Source of the DNA: Candidatus Babeliales bacterium
GTDB lineage: Bacteria > Babelota > Babeliae > Babelales > JBFXEV01
NCBI GenBank assembly: GCA_050179755.1
Contig: JBFXEV010000001.1
Coordinates: 489,994-553,993 of the forward strand
Direction: 5' to 3'
Length of the DNA stretch: 64,000 nt
Positions 57,713-64,000 of this stretch are shown one piece after another (the stretch's first letter is position 1; the number at the start of each line of letters is the position of its first letter). The notes under the pieces were generated by a model. That model was not told the origin of the DNA and made no database searches. It saw only the letters and a program-made list of their open reading frames with translations. The position numbers and the translations under genes were made by a program.

Positions 57713-59509
57713 TTACTCTTCTATTTCAACTTCTTCTTCTTTATTAATCTCAGGTAACGATCCATCAACTTGTGCATTCCACAGTGTTTGATAAAGTCCC
57801 GGCTCTTCAATGAGCTCTTCATGAGAACCATCTTGTATAATCTGCCCTTTATCAAACACCAAAATACGGTCCATAGAAAGCAATGTAGAAAGACGATGTG
57901 CAACAACAAGTGTTGTTTTATTTTTCATGATGTCTTTAAGGCTTTCTTGTATTAACCGTTCAGTCATAGTATCAAGTGCGCTTGTGGCTTCATCAAGAAT
58001 GAGTATTGGCGCATTTTTGAGCGCCGCACGGGCAATAGACACGCGTTGGCGTTGCCCGCCAGAGAGCTTAGTGCCACGTTCACCAACCACCGTTTTATAA
58101 CCATGTGGCAGCAAATCAATAAATTCTTGTGCGTGTGCTTTTTGTGCAGCATCATATATTTGTTCTTGCGTTGCGTTAATATTGCCGTAAAGTATATTTG
58201 CGTAAATTGAGCGTGCAAAGAGAGACGTTTCTTGCGGGATAGTAGCAATCGAGCGACGCAATGATTGCTGCGTGACTTCTTTAATATTTTGTCCATCAAT
58301 TAAAATGCGGCCTGATGTGGTATCGTACATACGCAAAATAAGATTAATAAACGTTGTCTTACCGCTACCAGAATAACCAACAAGCCCCACCTTTTGACCA
58401 GGCAAAATTTCTACTGACTTATCGCGAAATAAAGGTTCGGCGCCTTTGTATTTAAAGCGCACTTGATCAAACTCTATGCGCCCTTCTTTGACCACCAACT
58501 CTTTGGCATTTGGCGCATTTTGAATTGAAATAGGCTGCGAGAACGTTGCAAGCGCCTCACCTACTCGGCCCGTATATTTTGCAAATTGAGAAAGATCTTT
58601 AGTGAGTAACCATAATGAATCAACTATTGCCGTGTTAAATGATAGCACTAGAGCAAAATCTCCCACGGAAACTGTGCCTGCTTGCCAGCCTTTGAGTAAA
58701 AAATAGAGTGAAACCGTTTGCATGAGCACAAATGAATAATCATATACGGTGAAAATAATAAAATAGATCCAGGAGAGTTTGCGCTCAGCATGAGTTGATT
58801 CAGAAAGTTCTTGATCAAGTGCATCACTTTCATAATGTTCTCTTGCAAATAAACGTACTGCAAGCATATTGGCAATCACATCTACAATACGTCCGGTTAC
58901 TCTGTTTGAAAGCGTAGACCAATCGCGGGAATATGCCTGTAGTTTATTGAGAAATAATAATGAAATAAGTATGAAAACGGTTGACCATATAAACATAGTA
59001 AGTGCAAAAGTGATGTTAACGCTCCACAGTGCAAAGACTGCAATAATGAGTGTAACGCTGTTCCATAAAAACCGATCCACAATTAGTTGAATAATGTCTG
59101 GTACATCGTAGCCAATGTTTTTTATTTGATTGGTTAAACCTCCTGCTGTTTGATCTTGAAAGAAAGTGTGACTTTGGCCAAGCAGGTAATCAAAGATATG
59201 TATGGATATTTTTTGGCGCATATCAGGAATCATCTTAATATCTATGTAATAATTATAGAGGCGATGCATAGTTGCCATGATAAGCATTTGAGCAATATAA
59301 AGAATCACCGGAATCGCCAAAAAAACAAATGGGTTTTGCCCCACGTTTGTTGCAAGGCGGTTAATAATAATTTTAAGAATATACGGCCGCACTGCCACAT
59401 CTATGGCGCGCATGAGTGTTGCGCAAATCATAATGGCGAGCGGGAACTTAAATTGACGGGCAATGTTATAAATAAACTGGAAAATATATTTGGTGCTAAC
59501 TGCTTGCAT
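57713..59509 (-). CDS. ABC exporter, fused permease/ATPase
   Basis: TM domain; GYSGSGKT, LSGGQRQR, ILDEATSALD, AHRLST. Confidence 0.93.
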   Translation of the reverse strand: MQAVSTKYIFQFIYNIARQFKFPLAIMICATLMRAIDVAVRPYILKIIINRLATNVGQNPFVFLAIPVILYIAQMLIMATMHRLYNYYIDIKMIPDMRQKISIHIFDYLLGQSHTFFQDQTAGGLTNQIKNIGYDVPDIIQLIVDRFLWNSVTLIIAVFALWSVNITFALTMFIWSTVFILISLLFLNKLQAYSRDWSTLSNRVTGRIVDVIANMLAVRLFAREHYESDALDQELSESTHAERKLSWIYFIIFTVYDYSFVLMQTVSLYFLLKGWQAGTVSVGDFALVLSFNTAIVDSLWLLTKDLSQFAKYTGRVGEALATFSQPISIQNAPNAKELVVKEGRIEFDQVRFKYKGAEPLFRDKSVEILPGQKVGLVGYSGSGKTTFINLILRMYDTTSGRILIDGQNIKEVTQQSLRRSIATIPQETSLFARSIYANILYGNINATQEQIYDAAQKAHAQEFIDLLPHGYKTVVGERGTKLSGGQRQRVSIARAALKNAPILILDEATSALDTMTERLIQESLKDIMKNKTTLVVAHRLSTLLSMDRILVFDKGQIIQDGSHEELIEEPGLYQTLWNAQVDGSLPEINKEEEVEIEE

Positions 59510-59576
59510 GTGCTACCTTTTATGTAATTTCTTTCTTGGAATTACTGTAGCATAAATGACTTTATTGATTCAAGGG

Positions 59577-60932
59577 TTATAGTTTTAAGCCTTGACCAAG
59601 AATAAATCCAAGCCCTGAAAGCATTAATGAAAATAGTTCTCGTGGCATTGGAATATGAAAACTATATGCAAGTAAAAGACCAAGCGCTCCACCAAACATC
59701 GCAAATATTGCTGCATTTTTGGTAAGATTTTTAACAAAAAAACTTGCAACAAATGGCACAAATAAGCAGCATACTGAGATTTCATAACTTGCAATTAAAA
59801 TATCAACAATGTCGCTTGGTACAAAATAAGAAGCAAGAACCGCAAGCGATCCTGCAATGCATGTTACGTAGCGAGAAATTGAAAGTTGTTGCTTGTTAGT
59901 GATAGGCAAATCAAAATCTTGCATTAAATGTGAACTTATTGCGCACAATAACGAATCAGCAGTAGAAGTAATTGCAGCAATAATGCCACAGACTGCCAGT
60001 GCAAACAAAAAATCATTGGTTAGCTCGCTCATGACTACCATTAACGGGCTTGCGCCATACGGAACGCTTAGTCCTAATAATTTGGCTTGCATGCCAAAAT
60101 AGATGGGTACTAATGAAAATAAGAGCATAAACCCACTTGCAAGAAGTGCGCTTAGAGTGGCAACACGTCTATTTTTTGCCGCAAAAAAGCGTTGACCTAA
60201 ATCTTGCTCAATAAGAGAGAATAGCGCGGGCATTATTAAAATAGGCAGCAGGTCGCGTATGGTAAATACTGTGCTTGCAAATTGCTCTTGGCTTGTAAAT
60301 ATACTTTTGATGCTTCCAAATACGCCAAGTGGATGAGTAAATAAGGTTAAGAACCAAATGCCGCCGAAAGAAAGTATAATTAAAAGTACTTGTGCAATAT
60401 CGGTCATTACTACTGCTTTGAGCCCACCAATCATGGTATATAATATCACAAATGACCAAAAGCTAAGAAATATTAGTTGATTATCAATGCCTACTCCCAA
60501 AAGAAGTGATTTGCTTGCAACGATTTGACCAATTAAAAGCCCTGCCATAGTAGCAATAGAGAGAAGTGAAGCAATATATTTAAGCCGAGGCGCATGATAG
60601 CGCGTTGCAAAGAGTTCTGCTGTTGTTGCAATGTTTGCATCGCGCAAAAGGCCTGCAAACCCAAAGCCTAAAATTAAAAAGCCAATGCTCATGCTTAGCG
60701 TATACATGATACCAAAGATGCCCATGGTATATGCTTTGCTTGCAGTGCCCAAGAGCATGCCACCACCCACTTGCGTAGCAATAAGCGTAAAGGTAACTGA
60801 GGCAATGCCTAAGTCTCTACTTGCAAGAAAGTAATCTGAGGTGGTGGTTACCTTGCGTGAGGCGTAGAGGCCAACGCATAAATAGATAAGTGATAATATG
60901 CCAAAGAGCGCGAGGAACAGAATTTCGTTCAT
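59577..60932 (-). CDS. Sodium:solute symporter
   Basis: DYFLASR, YTMIGGLKAVVMTD..Q, QRFFAAK, AAITSTADS. Confidence 0.9.
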   Translation of the reverse strand: MNEILFLALFGILSLIYLCVGLYASRKVTTTSDYFLASRDLGIASVTFTLIATQVGGGMLLGTASKAYTMGIFGIMYTLSMSIGFLILGFGFAGLLRDANIATTAELFATRYHAPRLKYIASLLSIATMAGLLIGQIVASKSLLLGVGIDNQLIFLSFWSFVILYTMIGGLKAVVMTDIAQVLLIILSFGGIWFLTLFTHPLGVFGSIKSIFTSQEQFASTVFTIRDLLPILIMPALFSLIEQDLGQRFFAAKNRRVATLSALLASGFMLLFSLVPIYFGMQAKLLGLSVPYGASPLMVVMSELTNDFLFALAVCGIIAAITSTADSLLCAISSHLMQDFDLPITNKQQLSISRYVTCIAGSLAVLASYFVPSDIVDILIASYEISVCCLFVPFVASFFVKNLTKNAAIFAMFGGALGLLLAYSFHIPMPRELFSLMLSGLGFILGQGLKL

Positions 60933-61447
60933 GAGCGTAATTGCTCTTCAATAAGAGCAAGTGCTTTGCCAATCATAGCATCAATAGCATCTTGTTTTTC
61001 AGTAAATGGCTTGAGTACATAATCAGGCACTTGCTCGCGCTCAGCTGGTCGCCCTATGCCCACGCGAATTCTGCCAAAATCTTCTCCTCCATGCGTAATA
61101 ATTGAGCGTAAACCATTATGCCCCTTTGCACTACCACCCAGGCGATAGTTTACGCTGCCAAAAGGTTTTTCAAGTTCGTCATGTACCACTAAAATATCAG
61201 GTTGTTTAATACCTTTTTTATGTAAATAAGGCATTACTTTGCCTGAGTCATTCATAAAGGTCGTTGGTTTTATAAGAATGATAGGCATATTATTAATTTG
61301 AACGATACATTCATCAAAAAGATCTTTTGATGACCAACGGCCATTATATTGATTGGCCAATGCATCAACTACTTGAAAACCAATGTTATGGCGTGTTGCA
61401 TAAAATTTAGGGCCGGGGTTACCCAGCCCTATGATTGCTTTGATCAT
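60929..61447 (-). CDS. pth: Peptidyl-tRNA hydrolase
   Basis: GLGNPG..TRHNIGF, KP.TFMN.SG, HDEL, GHNGLRS, RVGIGRP. Confidence 0.96.
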   Translation of the reverse strand: MIKAIIGLGNPGPKFYATRHNIGFQVVDALANQYNGRWSSKDLFDECIVQINNMPIILIKPTTFMNDSGKVMPYLHKKGIKQPDILVVHDELEKPFGSVNYRLGGSAKGHNGLRSIITHGGEDFGRIRVGIGRPAEREQVPDYVLKPFTEKQDAIDAMIGKALALIEEQLRS

Positions 61448-61455
61448 TGAATAAA

Positions 61456-62067
61456 TTATGATTTTGCAGGTGTTGCTGGCTTTGCAGCAGGTTTTACCGC
61501 TGGTTTATAATTGCTATTAAGCTCGTCAACTATCATTTGTGTGATATCGATGCGGTCTGCAACAAATATGGTGCTACCAGCAAGCACAACGTCAATGCCA
61601 AGATTCTTGGCGATTTTTTGCGTGGTAGTTTCAATTTTCTTGAGCATATCCATTTGTGCCATTTGAGCGCGTTGCTGAGGAATTTCTTGCGCCGCTTGTT
61701 GTTCAATCATAATTTCATTTTTAAGTGACAATAGCTTCTTTTGTCTTTTTTCGCGAGCTTCACCACTTAATACGTTTGCGCCAGCACCACTTAATTCTGA
61801 TTCAATTTTTTGTTTTTCAGATTCCATAGCCTGAATGTTTGCTATACGCTTTTCCATGTCAGCTTTAATTGATTGTTGAAGATCAGCGCCTTCTTTTGAT
61901 TTATCAAATACAGCATAGATATCTACCACTGCAATTTTTACATTAGTAAAGTCTTTTTTAGAAGTCGCAGCACTTGTTGCGGGTTTAGGTGTATCTACAG
62001 CCATTGCCGGGCACGTGGCAACAGTAACAAGTGATAATGCCGTTATTGAATAGAGAAGTTTTTTCAT
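61456..62067 (-). CDS. skp: OmpH/Skp periplasmic chaperone
   Basis: Signal peptide; KIAVVD, coiled coil, DITQMIVDELN. Confidence 0.85.
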   Translation of the reverse strand: MKKLLYSITALSLVTVATCPAMAVDTPKPATSAATSKKDFTNVKIAVVDIYAVFDKSKEGADLQQSIKADMEKRIANIQAMESEKQKIESELSGAGANVLSGEAREKRQKKLLSLKNEIMIEQQAAQEIPQQRAQMAQMDMLKKIETTTQKIAKNLGIDVVLAGSTIFVADRIDITQMIVDELNSNYKPAVKPAAKPATPAKS

Positions 62068-62151
62068 AAAAGTCCTTTGAGAATATTATTGTATAGATTT
62101 ATTGTAACTCAAAGGGTTATTTCGTCAATTTTTGGTTCACTCATTGTGCTA

Positions 62152-62565
62152 TTAGTTAGATCGCTTTAGAAATGACCTACCTTTATCTACAGCATTCAGG
62201 GGAGGTTTTGGTTGACAAACTTTAGTTCGGCTGCTTACTTTTTGCTCCTTTTCATATTCCGTAATTTTGCCTTTTAAAAAGTTAACAACGGCAAGTTGAG
62301 GCATTACGGAAGAAAGAGTAAGTGCTTCATTGCCTGGTTGCAGTTGATAAGAATCGGTGCAATATTGGCCAGTTTTTGTTTTCTTTACACAGGTTTGAAA
62401 AACCGTTGCTTGCAAGTGCCGTTTTTGCGCGAGAGCAATAATGTTTTTTTCAGATTCATACACTTGAATCGTTCCATATTCCGGATGCTCAATGTGCATC
62501 ATGCCGAAAGCGGTGGGCAAACTTATAATGTGCGTGTATAGTATTATTAATAATTGTTTTTTCAT
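62152..62565 (-). CDS. Secreted hypothetical protein
   Basis: Signal peptide ending AFG-MM. Confidence 0.6.
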   Translation of the reverse strand: MKKQLLIILYTHIISLPTAFGMMHIEHPEYGTIQVYESEKNIIALAQKRHLQATVFQTCVKKTKTGQYCTDSYQLQPGNEALTLSSVMPQLAVVNFLKGKITEYEKEQKVSSRTKVCQPKPPLNAVDKGRSFLKRSN

Positions 62566-62589
62566 GAGGGTCCTAGTTATGTTCCTTTC

Positions 62590-64000
62590 TTACTCTAAAG
62601 TAATGTTACAGGCGCGTGCAACATACTCTTGCATATATTCATCCAAGCTATCAAAAATAAATTTGAGTGGTTTGCTTGAAGGATCGGTAAGGTTTAATGG
62701 TTTTTTCTCATGATAGCGCATAAGCGCATATAAAATCAAGCATATTTGCTGTGACGTGATATTGTTCCAATTGCAATTAGGTGGCGCAACTTCATAGGCT
62801 GCTTGGTTTGCGTATTCGATAATACTGCCGTTGGCTAGTGCTTGCCATTGATTAGTAAATTTACGAACCATAGATTCGGTAACCATATCTATTAAAAATG
62901 CACCGTCATCATCATCGTGCACGCGTAGGTATTTTGAATCGGGTGTGCTTTGCGCAGCACGCCCATTATCTACGTGGAGTACAACAGCGTGTGTTCTTTT
63001 ATCCCGTATTTCTAGCGAATGGTGCATGTTAGAAGGGTGGTTTTCGGGAACTGGCTTTAGATATGATAAAGCGTAGTATGGCCCCCTTTTTTGCCATTTA
63101 CCAAAAAAAACATATTTTAAGTTACTTACTTGTTCAACAACAGTTTGTGTTGCAAGATCAAATACAATGATGCGTGCGCATGTAACTTGTTTTCCATCTA
63201 TTTCTTCAAGGCTTAGTGCTGGTATAATGCAATAGGGGTATTCAGGGTCTTCAGAGAAAAAAGCGCTTTCAGGGCACTCACATTCTCTGTTGCCACGCAC
63301 TAATTCAAATTCACGTATTTTTGTTCGTTTTCTTAAATCGTATAAACACCCGATATTAGGATCTTTATAGGTATAGCAGTATCTGCCATCGGGAGAAATG
63401 CTTGGCCGTGGAGAATGCGATATTTGCCCAAGACACATGGTTGAGTTATCGGCAGGATAATATACGTTATACGTTGCAGTGCGATCTTCAACATTGGTAG
63501 GGATCACGCAGCATGAACTATCAGCTGCCCATGGTAAATCTCTCCAACGCGGATCGCTTGATGCTAGGGCAAAATTGTTGATAGGTTGCCCCCCTGCTTC
63601 AAGATCGTAAAGCCGGAGTTCATCCTTACAAGGCAATAAAAAGTATTTTTCATTAGGTGAGATTGCTGTTTTGCTGTCCCATCCTTTGGCTTCAGGAAAA
63701 GGAACCAGAATTTTTTGTGAGTGTGTGTCATACAAACCAATATGCGGACTTGTAGTTGCTTTGGGTTTTAATACGCCAAAACGTAAGCTTGGTGAAAAAT
63801 AATCAACAGGTAGTTCCACATCAGTGACATCATGAGGTGCGCGAACTACTTGCTTTGTAACAAGGTTAAATGCTTGCGTTGTTACTTTGCAAAAATTATG
63901 TGAATAGCCAGTTTTATATGCTGCAAGAGGCAGCATGCAAAATTGACTGTCAGCAGAAAATACTACAGGCTCCCAAGGCATAAGAAGAGAAGTGGTATGA
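62590..64000 (-). CDS. Divergent beta-propeller (WD40-like) protein, 5' end outside window
   Basis: FSADSQ, ISPNEKY, ISPDGRY, LYDL motifs; frame is open from 63981 to the window edge. Confidence 0.75.
   Translation of the reverse strand, partial: HTTSLLMPWEPVVFSADSQFCMLPLAAYKTGYSHNFCKVTTQAFNLVTKQVVRAPHDVTDVELPVDYFSPSLRFGVLKPKATTSPHIGLYDTHSQKILVPFPEAKGWDSKTAISPNEKYFLLPCKDELRLYDLEAGGQPINNFALASSDPRWRDLPWAADSSCCVIPTNVEDRTATYNVYYPADNSTMCLGQISHSPRPSISPDGRYCYTYKDPNIGCLYDLRKRTKIREFELVRGNRECECPESAFFSEDPEYPYCIIPALSLEEIDGKQVTCARIIVFDLATQTVVEQVSNLKYVFFGKWQKRGPYYALSYLKPVPENHPSNMHHSLEIRDKRTHAVVLHVDNGRAAQSTPDSKYLRVHDDDDGAFLIDMVTESMVRKFTNQWQALANGSIIEYANQAAYEVAPPNCNWNNITSQQICLILYALMRYHEKKPLNLTDPSSKPLKFIFDSLDEYMQEYVARACNITLE

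Overview
AT-rich bacterial chromosome segment. The many short ankyrin, LRR and WD40 proteins with signal peptides, the Lpg1974-like porin and the compact housekeeping genes suggest an intracellular parasite of protists, most plausibly Ca. Dependentiae/Babelota (TM6); this is inference, not a database result. Left arm: tpiA-secG-mlaEF, secreted ankyrin/LRR genes, a moxR-gspC-gspD-gspL-gspM-gspD locus with two secretins, eno, aspS, an Fe-S-less (6-4)-photolyase-type gene, nfo, infB-nusA. Centre (about 30.1-30.5 kb): a clear replication origin (AT-rich unwinding element, DnaA-trios, two inverted arrays of DnaA boxes) with no dnaA gene in the window. Right arm: udg, a WD40 protein with near-identical 123-bp repeats, clostripain, comEC, a low-GC island with a Sec-exported polymorphic toxin and candidate immunity gene, a mannose glycosylation operon, a cluster of nucleotide house-cleaning enzymes several of which carry signal peptides, alaS, CYTH, a highly structured 600-bp intergenic region, ABC transporter, SSS symporter, pth and skp. 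Best novelty candidates: a shared (G/A)-Met signal-cleavage signature on putative effectors together with the dual-secretin locus, exported nucleotide hydrolases, the toxin island, the hypervariable WD40, and a dispersed palindromic repeat family that also lies in frame in a gene.
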